NCBI GenBank assembly: GCA_000004695.1
Contig: CM000151.3
Span: 6,848,001-6,912,000 of the forward strand
From: Dictyostelium discoideum
Lineage: Eukaryota
DNA: 64,000 nucleotides
Reading direction: 5' to 3'
Shown: piece by piece, positions 1 to 12,913 of the stretch
How the letters are laid out: each line of letters starts with the position of its first letter
Position numbering within the stretch: position 1 is the stretch's first letter
The notes under the pieces: generated by a model
What the model was told of the DNA's origin: nothing
Seen by the model: the letters and a program-made list of their open reading frames with translations, nothing else
Databases searched by the model: none
Made by a program: the position numbers and the translations under genes

Positions 1-1048
1 GATTTAATAAAACTTTTGCTTCAGGTCTATTTTCTACATCTTTATCTAAACATTTCTTTACAAAATCTTTAAAGTCATCTGACCATTTGTTTTGATCTTT
101 TAAGTCGGGTATACCTTTGGTGGTAATTAAAAAGAGAGCACGAAGTGGTGGGAATGACATATATGGTGGTTCAGATTCTGCCATTTCCATAGCCATAATA
201 CCCAAACTCCAAATATCAACTTTTCTATCATAGTTTTGACCTCTAATTAACTCTGGTGCCATCCAATATGGTGTACCTACGATTGTAACTCTCTTTTGTT
301 TGGATTTTGTTAATTGCGCAGCATAACCAAAATCTGCCAATTTAACACTACCATCTGAACCTAATAAAATATTATCACTCTTAATATCTCTATGAATTCT
401 ATGTTGACTATGAATATATGCAAGACCTTTTAATGTCTAAAATTTTAAAAAAATATTAAAAAATAATAATAAAAAAATTAGTATTTATATAAGTATATAT
501 TTTTTGAAAAAAATAATCTTTTTTTTTTTTTTTTTTTTTTTACATACTTCAGCACAAACATAAGCAATTTGAGCTTCAACTAATTTGACAGAATTAAATT
601 GTTCTAAAATTTCAGTTAAACAACCACCACCCATAAATTCCATAGCGACCCAAAGTGAGTCACCAACTAAATAACTGTCGATATAATCAATGATATTTTG
701 ATGTCTACAAGATTTCATAATACCAATTTCAGTGACTATCAATTTCATATTTTGTTGATTCAATGGCATCTTTTTGATGGCAACCTTGTTGTTTGTCTTT
801 AATTGAGTGACAACAAATACTTCACCAGCTGCACCTTCACCAATTTTAGTGGAACCTTCACCAAATAATTTGGTTGGATCCTCTTGGCTTACTAAATCGT
901 ATAATGATACATTGGTTTCATCTGGTAATGGTTGATTGTTCAAGTCGTATTGTTCATCATCATAGGCACCACCACACATCATTTCTTCGAGTTGTTGTTC
1001 TTGTTGTTGTGATAAAATACCTGCTGATTGTTGTTGTGCTGATTGTTG

Positions 1049-1098
<50 letters not shown>

Positions 1099-1743
1099 GT
1101 TGTTGTTGTTGTTGTTGATGATGATGTTGTTGTGGTGGTTGTTGTTGATGGTGGTGTTGTGGTGGTTGATGTGGAGTTGGTTGAAGTTGATTATGTGGTT
1201 GTTTATTTGCATCACGAATTGGTATAGTTGGTGGTTTTGGATTATTTAACATATGTGCAGGTATACCAGATTGTTGCATTTGTTTTTGCATTAATGCTTG
1301 TTGTTCTTGTTGAGCTTGTTGTTGTTGTTGTTGCATATGGAAATCTAAAACATCAATAACTACCTCTGAATGTTCAACAACATCCTCTCTGGTAATACCA
1401 GATGATTGTAATATAACTTCCCATTCTTTTGGTAAACCTTCAAAACCAGTAACACTATGATAATTTACATGAATATTATGTTTAACATTAAATGGTGATC
1501 CAACTGAAAATTCTTTCTTTTCTATAAATTTTTAAAAAATAAAAAGAATAAAAATTGTTAATAATAATAATAAAAAATAAAATAAAAAAAAAAGAAAAGA
1601 AAATTTCTAAAAAATTATAAACATACTATCTTTGTTCTTTTTCTTATTAGTGAAAATTGATAGAAATCCTTTTTTCTCTTCATCTTGTTTATTACCAACG
1701 TTGCTAACAGGTGGGGATGGTGGTGATGTAGTTGCATTTGAAC

Positions 1744-1788
<45 letters not shown>

Positions 1789-2674
1789 TACTATTTGAAA
1801 TACTATCTTTATGTGAATTATTTGGTGAGGTTGCTAATGGAACAGAAATTGGTGGGGTTGGTGTAATTGGTGTGGATGTAGTTGAAATTGGTATGTTACC
1901 ATTTGATGAACCAAGTGATGGTGAGGTTGATCCAGGACTGATAGCTGGAGTTTTTGGACCACCAATGATACTGCCAAGTCCTGCTGGGACAGCTGTTGGT
2001 GCTAATTTCTTTGGTTTATTATTTGGTAATGGTGGTGGTGATGGTATATTGTGTTGTGTATTATTATGTGAAGCTGATGATGGTGATTGTTGTGGTTGTT
2101 GTGATGGTGTTGGTTGTGGTGGTGGTGGTGGTGTTGTACCATTTGCTATATTTATTGGTGAACTAACTTTTCTCATTGGTACTGGATTTGAACTTCCACC
2201 ATTTAATCCATTTGAATGATTTCCATTCATATTTATTGAACTATTGCTATTGCTATTATTATTATTACTACTACTATATCCACTATTTCCACTGCTGCTG
2301 CTAAACCCACTACCACCACTTGTTCCATTGCTATTTATTAAATTTGGTGGTGTACGAGTTGGTGTTGTTGGTCTAACTGGTATTTCTGGTTGTTGTTGTT
2401 GTGGTCTTGGTTGTGTTGGTAATGCTGGTGGGGCTTGTTTATTTACACCTGGTGATGGTAATGGTCTTTTGACTGGTTGTTGTGGTGATGGTGATGGTGA
2501 TGGTGATGGTGATACAAATGAACTTCCTGATGAATTTAATGAACTGGTACCATTGGTTTGTACCCTTTTATTTGGTGGTGGTGGTTTTCTATTTGGTGGG
2601 GGCGATGATTCTGCTTCATTTGATTGTGCTTCAAACTTTTCCCTCATCATGGAAACTCTTTTTGATTGCTCCAT
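1..2674 (-). CDS. p21-activated kinase (PAK/STE20 family), partial. Three exons: 1627..2674, 548..1521, 1..436 (continues past the window start). Size and the Pro-rich N-terminus resemble Dictyostelium PakB/MIHCK, but this is not verified.
   Basis: Minus-strand translation starts [17 protein letters not shown] with a Pro/Ser-rich N-terminus. Exon 2 opens with a CRIB/PBD motif ([39 protein letters not shown]), then poly-Q/poly-N encoded by (ATT)n at 1048..1097. Kinase subdomains follow: [38 protein letters not shown]. Introns are GTATGT...TAG with consistent phase. Confidence 0.85.
1048..1097 (-). repeat. In-frame (AAT)17 microsatellite encoding poly-Asn inside the PAK gene, flanked by CAA/CAG poly-Gln codons.
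   Basis: Uninterrupted ATT repeats on the plus strand, translated as N17 in the minus-strand reading frame. Confidence 0.9.
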
Positions 2675-2984
2675 ATTTTAGTTTTTTTTATTTATTTATG
2701 TGTATATGTGTGTGTATGTGTTTGTAATATGTAAAAGAAACTATTGTGGAGTTTTTTTTTTTTTTTTTTCTTTTTTTTTGTTTTTCTTTTTTTCTTTGTT
2801 TATGAGTTTTGGTGTTGAAATAATCTACAATTATAAGTACAATGGAAGAAAATTATATAATTTCTATTTCTTCTAGTTTTTTGATTTGTTTTGTTTTGTT
2901 TTTCTTTTTTTTTTGTCGTTCTTTATATTTTTAAGACACAAAGTAAATAAAAAAAAATAAAAAAAAACAAAAATAAAATTTTTT

Positions 2985-3019
<35 letters not shown>

Positions 3020-3127
3020 TTTTTGAAAAAAAAAAAAAAAAAGTTGGTTAATAACGCAATAATAAAAAAAAAGAAAAGATAGAAGAAAAAAAAAAACAAA
3101 ATAAAATAATAAGAATAATAATAATAG

Positions 3128-3270
<143 letters not shown>

Positions 3271-3987
3271 ATTGCTATGTATATTTCAATAAATACATCT
3301 ATGTGTGTGTTGAAATTGCAAATTATGAAGGAATTTTAAAATAATTATATATAAAAAAAATAATAATAAAAAAAAATAAAAAGAAAAAAACAATAAATAA
3401 ATAAAATTATAAAAAAAAAAAAAAAAAATAATAAAAAAAAAAAAAAAAAAAAAAAAACACACACACGTACTAATAAACACAATGTGAGGCTATTATTTGA
3501 TTAAACTTTTTGAGTGGTGATATATTTGGATGTGTGGTTGAATTTTTAAAATATAAAAAAATAAAGAAAAAAAGATATTAGATTATTGATTGTCACAAAA
3601 AATCAACATCACTTTCTATACATACTTTTTTTTTTTTTTTTGTTTTTTTTTTATTTTTAAAAATTTTATCTCATAAAAAATAAAAAAAATTAAAAATAAA
3701 AACTTTACTGTTTCTCAATGATAATTTTGTTTATTTTCTATTTTTATTTTTTTTTTATTTTTGTTTTTTTTTTTTTTTCACACAAATCTAGATTTGTGGT
3801 TAAAATTTCTGTTAATTTTTTTTTTTTTTTTTTTTTTTTTTATCTTTATTATTTTAAAAAGTGATGATTTGTTTTGTGAATTTAATTTTTTTCGTTGTTT
3901 AACTATTTTAGAATTTTGATCATTATATTTTTTATTTTTTGCTATTTTTTTTTTTTTGTTATTTTTTTTTTTATTGGAAACAAAACC

Positions 3988-4050
<63 letters not shown>

Positions 4051-4229
4051 TGACAGAAAAAAATAAATAAAAAATAAATAAAAAAAAAAAAAATAAAAAA
4101 AAATAAAGAAAAATAATAAACAAAAAAAAGAAAAAAAGAAATAATGATTATAAATGAAAATAAAATAAAAAAAAACAATGAAAAATAAAAAATTAAATTA
4201 TATAGAATTTTCTAAAATAAATAAACTTA

Positions 4230-4262
<33 letters not shown>

Positions 4263-4514
4263 GTACAAAAAAAAAATATAATTTCTTTTTATATTTGATG
4301 ATTGATATTTAGTAAAATAGTAAATAGATAACTTTTGATAATGATTTCACCTTTGGTCGATTTGTTCTAATCAAATATTGATGTTGGTTGTTGGGGGTGA
4401 TGGTTGAATTGTTACTTTTTGATAATTTATAAAATTTTATTATTACTATCGTTGTTACTTTCGCTGTTTTGATTTATAGTTATTTCTAACCTATTGTGTG
4501 TAATAAATATGTTC

Positions 4515-4547
<33 letters not shown>

Positions 4548-4620
4548 AAAATTTGTGTATATATAAAATATAAAAAAAAAAAAAAAAATATAGAGGGCAA
4601 GTGGTTTAAAAAAAAATTTA

Positions 4621-4665
<45 letters not shown>

Positions 4666-5484
4666 AAAAAATTTTTATTTTAATTTTTTTTTTTTTTTTT
4701 TTTTTTAAAAGTGTTTTTTTGGATTCACATCAGATAATCATTGATTGTCATTGATTCAGATCTTTATTTATTAATTAAAAATTGCCACGTCGTTTGGAAT
4801 TTTTTTTATTTTTTATTTTTTTTTTTTACTAATTTTTCCTATTTTACTACTTTTACTATTTTATTATATTTTTTAAAGTGATCAAAAAAAAAAAAAAAAA
4901 AAAAAAATTTCCTTTCCAGAAATCGAAAATCAATCTAGATTAAAATGCAAAGATTATATGATGATTAAATTTCCAAATTTTAATCGGACATTAAGATATT
5001 TTTTTTTTTTTTTTTTTTTTTTTTTGAACATAAACTAAAACTAATTATGGAAAATCAAATTTTTTGTTTAGGAAGGTTGTTTTTTTTTTTTTTTTTTTTA
5101 TATAAAAAAAAAAAAGGTATTTTTATTATCCAAATTTAGAAACCAAAAATTTATTATAATGCAAAGATTATGCCAAAATCAAAATTTTTCAAATAACACA
5201 TAAAAAAAAAAAAAAAAAAAAAATGAAGTAAAAGGTTACAACAAAAAAAAAAATAAAATAAAAAAATAAAACAAAAAAAATAATAAATGAAAAAAATAAA
5301 AAAAAAAATAAAAAATAAAAAAAGAATAATAGAAATCTTCTTTTATAATTATTGCATTCAAATATTAGAAGAGGTTTTTTATTATTTTTTATTTTTAATT
5401 TTAGTTTTTTTTTTTTTTTATTTCCTTGATTTTGTTTTTATTTTATTTTTATTATTATTATAGTTTTTTTTTTTTTTTTTTAAT

Positions 5485-6741
5485 TTATTGCCCATTATTG
5501 GGGATTTTTTGATCATTTAAAGTTTCTTCGTTGATAGCACCATTGCCACCATTATTATCATTATTAATATTAATATTATTATTATTATTATTATTATCAC
5601 CCACTATATTATCATTTGAGTCAGAGTTTGAACCCATTTTTGAAATTAAAATTAAAAATACAATTATAGCAACCGTTATCATTATTAAATATTTTGGTTT
5701 TGTTTCCTTTATATTACTATTTTTATAAAATAAAATAAATAATAATTAGTTATATTTTTTAAAAATAAATAATAAAAAAGTTATATATATATATATATAT
5801 ATATATATTTAAAAATATTACTTTATAATCTTTGAAATAGGATTTACTGGCCTTTTGTTATATTTATCATAATCATCATCATATATTTTATTATTTCCAT
5901 GAATGTTATTACTTATATTACTATTGGTACCACTGTTTAATTGAATTACAGTATCTTCATGTTCATGTTTTCTACTTGCTAAACCATATGGATTAGAATT
6001 TAAATGTGAAAGTGGTGGTGTTTCTTCTAAAAGTGAAGGATTAATTATATTATTATTATTACTATTATTACTATGATGATGATGATGATGAATGCCATTA
6101 CTCTTTATTGAATCTAAATTTGTATAAAATTCAGGTGATGTTGCATTATTTATATGTGTACCATTAATTCCATTTGTAATTCCATTACTCTTTGGATTAT
6201 TATTATCATTATTATTATTATTACTATTACTATTTTGTTTTTTAAATGATTTTAAATAATCACCAGCCCATGAAGAAACTGAAAATCTATCTCTTATTGA
6301 ATTTGCTAATAGTGATTGTTTATCATTTGATGGTAATATTGGTTCTGGACATTTTGGACATGGGTATGATTCAACTGATGAATTCTGTGGTAATGCTGCT
6401 ACATAAACATCAATACATTCTGGATGATATAAATGATAACATAATAATCTAACTGAATCATCGTTATCGTCAACATCAAATTTACCTTTACAAACACCAC
6501 ATACTGAATCTTCAAATTCACAATCTGTTAACCAACTTACATATGATTTAATATAACACTAAAAATTATTATTTTTTTTTTTTATTTTTTTTTTTTTTAT
6601 AATAATAAATAAAAAAAAATAAAGTTAGTATGTTATAATTTTAAAAATAAAAATAAAAATAAAAATAAAAATAAAAATAAAAATAAAAATAAAAAATAAA
6701 AAATAAATATAAAAGGATGTGTATATATGAAATTTGGTTTT

Positions 6742-6779
<38 letters not shown>

Positions 6780-6897
6780 AATTATTTAAAAAGGATATTA
6801 CAATTGAATGGTCAGCAACAACACATGAATCGCATATAAACTTTTTATGGTTGAAACAAAAATCTTCACTTCTCTTTTTACATTTACAAATGCCCAT
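5485..6897 (-). CDS. Zinc finger protein-like 1 (ZFPL1, Golgi integrity protein) homolog. Three exons: 6802..6897, 5822..6558, 5485..5716.
   Basis: Exon 1 is MGICKCKKRSEDFCFNHKKFICDSCVVADHSI, matching the ZFPL1 N-terminus (MGLCKCPKR...CFEH...C..C.VANH). Exon 2 carries the RING-like CGVC...RLLCYHLYHPEC...YPCPKCPEPILP. Exon 3 encodes a C-terminal hydrophobic anchor, YLIMITVAIIVFLILI, as in ZFPL1. Donors are GTAATAT and acceptors (A/T)nAG, with consistent phase. Confidence 0.78.
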
Positions 6898-7071
6898 TAT
6901 CTATATTTTATATATAAAAAATATATATATATGTGTATATGTATAATTTTTTTTTTTTTTTTCAATATTAAATTAGAAATATATTTTTGGGTGTATGAAA
7001 AATTTTTCGTGTGGATTTGGTGATGTTGCAGAAAATAAAAAATAATAAAAATTAAAAAAAATTTTAATTTT

Positions 7072-7115
<44 letters not shown>

Positions 7116-7519
7116 GTCCTTTATCAGCATTAAAGAAGTGAAATAAATTTTTAAGTACTGAGTTGACTCAAAAAAAAAAAAAAAAAAAAAAACAAAAAAA
7201 CAAACATCGCACTACGTATAATTTAACACTTTGCTCATTTCTCAATTTAAATTCTTTTAAAAAATTTTTTTTTATTTTTATTTGTTTATTATTTTTATTT
7301 GTTTTTTAATTTTTTAATTTTTTTGGGATATTTTTAGTTTTCTAAAAAAAGAAAAAAAAAAAAAAAAAAAACCAAATATTTAAATTTTTTTTTTTTTTTT
7401 TTAACGACATTTTTTTTTTAAAAATGAAAAATGAAAAATAAAAAAAAAAAAAAAAAAAAAAAGTCGAAATTAAATTTTTTTTTTTTTTTTTTATAAAATC
7501 CTAAGAAATAAAACAAAAG

Positions 7520-8461
7520 ATGGTCTATCAAAAACAAGAACCAAAAAAAAAGAAGGCAATTAAGCCATATCATAGAATTAAAGCACATGCAAATCCAGCA
7601 TCAGATTATAACTTTTATTAGTAAGTAGTTTTTTTATTTTTTTTATATATAATGTTCATAGTTTTACTAATCTTTTTATTTTATTTTATTTTATTTTATT
7701 TTATTTTTTTTTTTAAAAAAAAAAGTCCAACTGGACCAGAATCATATGATTGGACAAAGAATTATCCACAACAAGCAATGAATGAAAAAAAAGTTGAAAT
7801 TGCAGATGTTGGATGCGGATATGGTGGATTATTAATTAGTTTATCATCATTATTTCCAGAAAGATTAAGTGTTGGTATGGAACTTAGAGACAAGGTTGTA
7901 CAATATGTTGAGGAACGTATTGATAAATTACGTGAGAAACATGTTGGTCAATTTCAAAATATCAGTGTCATTAGAACCAATGCAATGAAATATTTACCAA
8001 ACTATTTTGAAAAAGGTCAATTACAAAAGATATTTTTCCTTTTTCCAGACCCACATTTTAAAAAAGCAACACATAAACGTCGTATCATTTCACCAACATT
8101 ACTCTCTGAATATGCATACATTTTGGCACCAGGTGCCTATGCATACTTTATTAGTGACGTTGAAGAACTTTATCTCTGGATGTTTGAACATTTCAAAAAT
8201 CATCCACTCTTTGAACAAGTTGAAAGAGATATCGCTGAAAATGATTCTTGTATTCCTTTAATTGTAAATTCAACTGAAGAAGGTAGAAAAGTCAATCGTA
8301 TCGATGGTAAAAAATGGTTTGCCGTTTTTAGACGTATAACCGATCCTTCAAAAAAAGATTTAACTTTTAAAAATTATACTTTAACTTCACCAAAAGAAAT
8401 TGATTCAACTACAACAACTACAACTTCAACTGCCACTATTACTGAAGTAGAATCAAAATAA
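7520..8461 (+). CDS. tRNA (guanine-N7)-methyltransferase (Trm8/METTL1 family). Two exons: 7520..7620, 7726..8461.
   Basis: Translation matches the METTL1 motifs, in order: YHRIKAHANPASD, ADVGCGYGGLL, FQNISVIRTNAMKYLPNYF, FFLFPDPHFKK.KH..RIISPTLL.EYAY. Donor is GTAAGT at 7621, acceptor AG at 7724..7725. Confidence 0.9.
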
Positions 8462-8600
8462 ATAAAAATAAAAAAAATAAATAAATAAAATAAAAAAAAA
8501 AAAAAAACATAGTAAAATTTAAATTTTCAGTTTAAATATTAGTAGTAGTACTTAAGTTAAATTCTAATATCTTTATATATATATATATATAGGGTATTGG

Positions 8601-8632
<32 letters not shown>

Positions 8633-8690
8633 TTATATGTTTTTTTTTTTATTTTTTTATTTTTTTTTTTTTTATTATTTTTTTTTTTAT

Positions 8691-9573
8691 TTATACATTA
8701 TCAACAATTGAATTTCTAATATTATTAATAATGTTTGATGGTTTAGAGCCTTGAAGAGCAAAGATAGATTCAATGACAGAGATTTCAGTGGCAGTGGTAT
8801 CAGCACCAACGATGGCAGTCCAATCATTAACTACACAACCAGCGGCAACACATTCATTACCACGATTGACGGTACCAGCGACTAAAGGAACTTGAAGGAG
8901 TGATGATAACTCATCTTGATCGGCGATTGAGGTCATTGGATGAACGAGAGCACCTTGATTTGTGAGAGCACAATAGGTACCAACTAAAACATTACCAGAG
9001 ACGGTTTGTCTGAAAACTTCAACACCTAAAACATCTGCAATGATCTCTTCGGTCTCTCTATCGATATCTGGGTGTACCAATGCAACATAATCATTTGTGG
9101 CGATACAGTTACCCAATGCTGAGAATTTCTCTTCAATTCTTTGTACTACGACATCATCTGGTAATGAGTTTCTAATTTGTTGTAATTCTTGATCGGTACA
9201 TGTATTTGGTAATAATAAACCATTCTTATTTCCTGCTGATAAACGACCAACAATACGTGTACCTGCAATACTTGTCTCTACAACTGGAATATGATCTGCT
9301 AATCTATTCTCTACTGTATGTAAAAATTGTTTACTTCCACATTGTCCAACAAGACAATATTTATTTGTTAATTTTAAAAAAACACCAACATCGCAACTGT
9401 TTTCATATTGTAATCCTATATAAAAAATAATAATAATAAATTAAAAAAAAAAAAATTTATTATATTAATTTTTTATTTTTTATTTTTTATTTTTTATTTT
9501 TTTATTTTTTTACTTGTATTATTATTTTTATTTTTTTATATAAAAGAAGAAAAAAAAACATACTTGTAGCCAT
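8691..9573 (-). CDS. eif6: Eukaryotic translation initiation factor 6 (eIF6). Two exons: 9564..9573 (MAT plus one base) and 8691..9415.
   Basis: Spliced product is [73 protein letters not shown]...[32 protein letters not shown]...[30 protein letters not shown]. It is collinear with eIF6 along the whole length. The 10-nt first exon is followed by a GTATGT donor. Confidence 0.92.
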
Positions 9574-10135
9574 TATTATTTATATATATTTATTTTAGAA
9601 GGGGTGGGTTTTTGACTTTGTTTTTTTTGTAAAAGAAGATGGGTGTGGGGTGAGTTATTTGTTTTTGGTTGGGAGATATTTAAAACCTAAATGTTTTTTT
9701 TTTTTTTATATAGATAGGTCTTTTCAAAATGTTTACAATTCAATTTTTAAAAAATTTAAATGAAAAAAAAAAAAAAAAAAAAATAAAACTAAAAAAAAAA
9801 AAGAATAAAAAAACGATAAAAAAAAAATTTATTTTTTTTTTATTTTTTTTTCATTTTTTTTTTTTTATGTGCGAGGACTAAAACGAAAGTTGAGAAAATT
9901 ATGAAAAAAAATATTTTTATCATTTTTTTCTTTTTTTTTTTTTTTTTATAATTATTAAAAAATACCATAAATTTATTAATTAATTATTGTTAAAGCTTTA
10001 TACTTTATTTTTTTAAATAATTAATTGGAGTTGGGCCGCTCTTATCATAATAATTATGGACACAAATGATTCTATCATTACCTTGACATCTTAGGTATAT
10101 TAAAATAATCAATCTGATAAGTTGCTAATTACCCT

Positions 10136-10196
<61 letters not shown>

Positions 10197-10276
10197 CAAT
10201 TTTTTGTTTATCAAAAATTTAAAAATATCCAAAACTAAAAAGACTATCCTCCCTCAAACCGGCAATAATATTTTAA

Positions 10277-10309
<33 letters not shown>

Positions 10310-10405
10310 TAATAAGAATAATAAATAATAATAAAATTAATAATAAAAATAATAATAATAAGAATTTCAAAAAATAAAAAATTAAAAAAAAAAAATAGTT
10401 AAAAT

Positions 10406-10438
<33 letters not shown>

Positions 10439-10702
10439 GTTTAGACTAATAATAAATATTGTTATTGTTTTTGTTATTTGTGAATTTGTTTTTTATGATG
10501 TTTAAGTATTTGGCAAATATTAATTTATTTGTTATTTATTAATTTATTTGTTTTTTTTTTTTTTTTTTTGTTTATTAAAATAAGATTATTTATGTATAGA
10601 AAAAAAAAAAAAAAAAAAAAATCTTAAGATTTATTTATTTTTTTTGATTTAGATTAAAAAAAAATATAGAATATTAATTCTTTATGATATAAATTTAATA
10701 CT

Positions 10703-10736
<34 letters not shown>

Positions 10737-11168
10737 TATTAAAAAAAAAAAAAAAATTTAAATATTTCCTTAATCAAACTCAATTTAATAGTTAATGATA
10801 ATTAAAAAATAAATAAATAAAAAGTTATTTTTAAATAACATCAACAAAAATAAAAAAATTTACCATATTTTAAATATATAATTATATTTTGTAAAATCAG
10901 TACATCCAAAAATTTTCATAGTTTTACATCTTTTTTTTAAAAGAGGCCCCTGGATTTTAGATTAATTGGTTAAATTTTATTTGCTTTTAAAAAATTATTT
11001 ACAAATCCTTTTTTTTTTTTTTTTGTCAAAATATATTTTAAAATATTTTTTTTTTTTTTTTGTTTTTGTTATAATACGAAAATAAGATAAAAATAAAATA
11101 AAAAAAACAATAGTACGTCCTTTAAACAAGTACAAGTAAAATAAAATTTTTAATTTTTTTATGGTTTG

Positions 11169-11199
<31 letters not shown>

Positions 11200-11752
11200 A
11201 ATATTAATTTATTAAATTTATATGTAAATAAATTAAATTTTATTATGTTTTTTTTTTTTTTTTAAAAAATTTTAAATAAAAAACTTAAAATAAAAATGAA
11301 AAGCAGTTAACAACAAGCATAATTTACCATTTTATTTTATAATGATAATTTTTTAAAAAATCTTTAATTTTATTTATTATTGTTATTTTAAACCAAGTGT
11401 ACCTAATCTTTTAAAATTAAAAAAAAAAAACACAAAAATAGCAAATTTAACTCTACAAATAATATACTTGATTTTAGAATAAAAATGTATTGGATCATCG
11501 ACTTATCTTTATTTTTAAATATATTTTTTTTTTTTAAATTTGAAAATAATTTTATGGTATGTATTTTGGTTTTAAAATTTAATGTGTTGGAGTGGGTGTT
11601 TACCTTTTTCACGAGTTTTAAAATGGTAGTTTTTATACACACACACACATATAAAATAGGGTCTTAATAAATATTTACTATTTTGATTTGATCAAAATTT
11701 TATTATATACAATTATTATTTTATTTTTTTAATTGTTTTTTTTAATTGTTTG

Positions 11753-11787
<35 letters not shown>

Positions 11788-11908
11788 CTATAAATAAAAA
11801 AAAAATTTGATGTTTTAAATTAATTAAAAATAAATAAAATTCAAAACAACTAAAAAAAAAAAAAAATCGACTTTAATAAATAAAAAAAAAAAAATCAAAA
11901 TTTATAAA

Positions 11909-12224
11909 ATGTTATCAAGTATGAATCATGAAATTTTAAAAAAAAAATGTGATAATTTCAAATATAGTTATTAATTATCCAATTTTATTATTATTTTTTT
12001 TTTTTTTCCATTTCTTTTTTTTCCACCTTTTTTTTTTCTTTTCCCTTCTTTTTCTTATTTTTCTTTTTTTTGTAGAATCATTATCATCATTTTTCTCAAT
12101 TAAATCCAATCCATCAGTTTCTAATACAATTATTAGTAAATGCAATGAAACTAATACTCATTCTTTTAGTATTAATTCCATTTCTATGAAACAAAGCTTT
12201 TTTTCAAGACCTTTATACTTCTAA
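11909..12224 (+). CDS. Candidate micro-gene A, a 52-aa peptide (MLSK SLSSFFSIKSNPSVSNTIISKCNETNTHSFSINSISMKQSFFSRPLYF). Exons 11909..11918 and 12076..12224.
   Basis: A 10-nt first exon (ATGTTATCAA) followed by GTATGA, then a (T)nGTAG acceptor and an open frame to TAA. A paralogous structure sits at 14336..14576. Confidence 0.25.
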
Positions 12225-12534
12225 TTTTCTTTATTATCACAATTTTTTAATGTCCAAAAAGATTTTGTTTTTCCCCCAAATCCTTTATCATTTGCCTCAT
12301 TTTCTCAAATTTTCTTATTTATAATTCTGATTCTTTATTCCTAATATTTTAATTTAATAAACAAACCGATCATTTTTTCCAAACCTTTTTTATTTATTTT
12401 TCTAATTTTTTTTTTTTTTAATTATTTTTCTTACTTTTTATAATATTGTATTTTATATTTAAGTTTATTTGTATAATAAATTTTATTAGTATTATTTAAA
12501 TATAACTTACTTAAAGTTAGTCGTTTTTAAAATT

Positions 12535-12600
12535 TATTTTTATTATTTTTTTGGTATATTTTTTGGTATATTTTTTGGTATGTTTTTGGTAAATTTTTGG
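12535..12600. repeat. Minisatellite (TTTTGGTATAT)n, about 5 units.
   Basis: Direct tandem repeats visible in the sequence. Confidence 0.8.
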
Positions 12601-12823
12601 TTTATTTTAAGTATATTTTTAGTTTATTATTTTAAAGAATCAAGAACTTTAATATAATAATAATTCAATTTTATAATTTATTAAAATTAACTTTATAAAA
12701 AAGTTTGCAATTAACTTTTAGAAAAAAAGAAAAAAACAACTACATACCTTTGAAAAATAAAATTTGGCAATCAAAAAATTAATAATTTAAAATACCTACA
12801 GAATTAGTTTTATAAAAAAAACT

Positions 12824-12854
<31 letters not shown>

Positions 12855-12861
12855 ATGGCAG

Positions 12862-12913
<52 letters not shown>

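Noticed and set aside
874-1249. ORFs 874..1227(+), 979..1215(-) and 1043..1249(+), encoding poly-Y, poly-I and poly-V strings.
   Set aside because: They are alternative-frame or antisense translations of the (ATT)n/(CAA)n coding microsatellite inside the PAK gene. They are not independent genes.
3286-4178. ORFs 3286..3480, 3778..3990 and 3942..4178 on the minus strand (poly-F and poly-K peptides).
   Set aside because: They lie wholly within poly(A)/poly(T) intergenic homopolymer tracts. They have no codon structure, no splice signals and no complexity.
6625-7130. ORFs 6625..6897 and 6897..7130 (minus) read as single long ORFs.
   Set aside because: Only the first 32 codons from 6897 are real; they form ZFPL1 exon 1. 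The remainder is read-through into intron 1 (an (ATAAAA)n repeat) or upstream poly-A.
8007-8261. ORF 8007..8261(+), nested in a different frame inside the METTL1 exon.
   Set aside because: It is a shadow ORF. The METTL1 frame is the one with conserved motifs.
10020-10140. A short non-AT-rich patch (GGAGTTGGGCCGCTCTTATCATAATAATTATGGACACAAATGATTC...) in the 9.6-15 kb gene desert.
   Set aside because: It is too short, with no ORF and no recognisable RNA motif. I could not support any call. It may be a promoter remnant.
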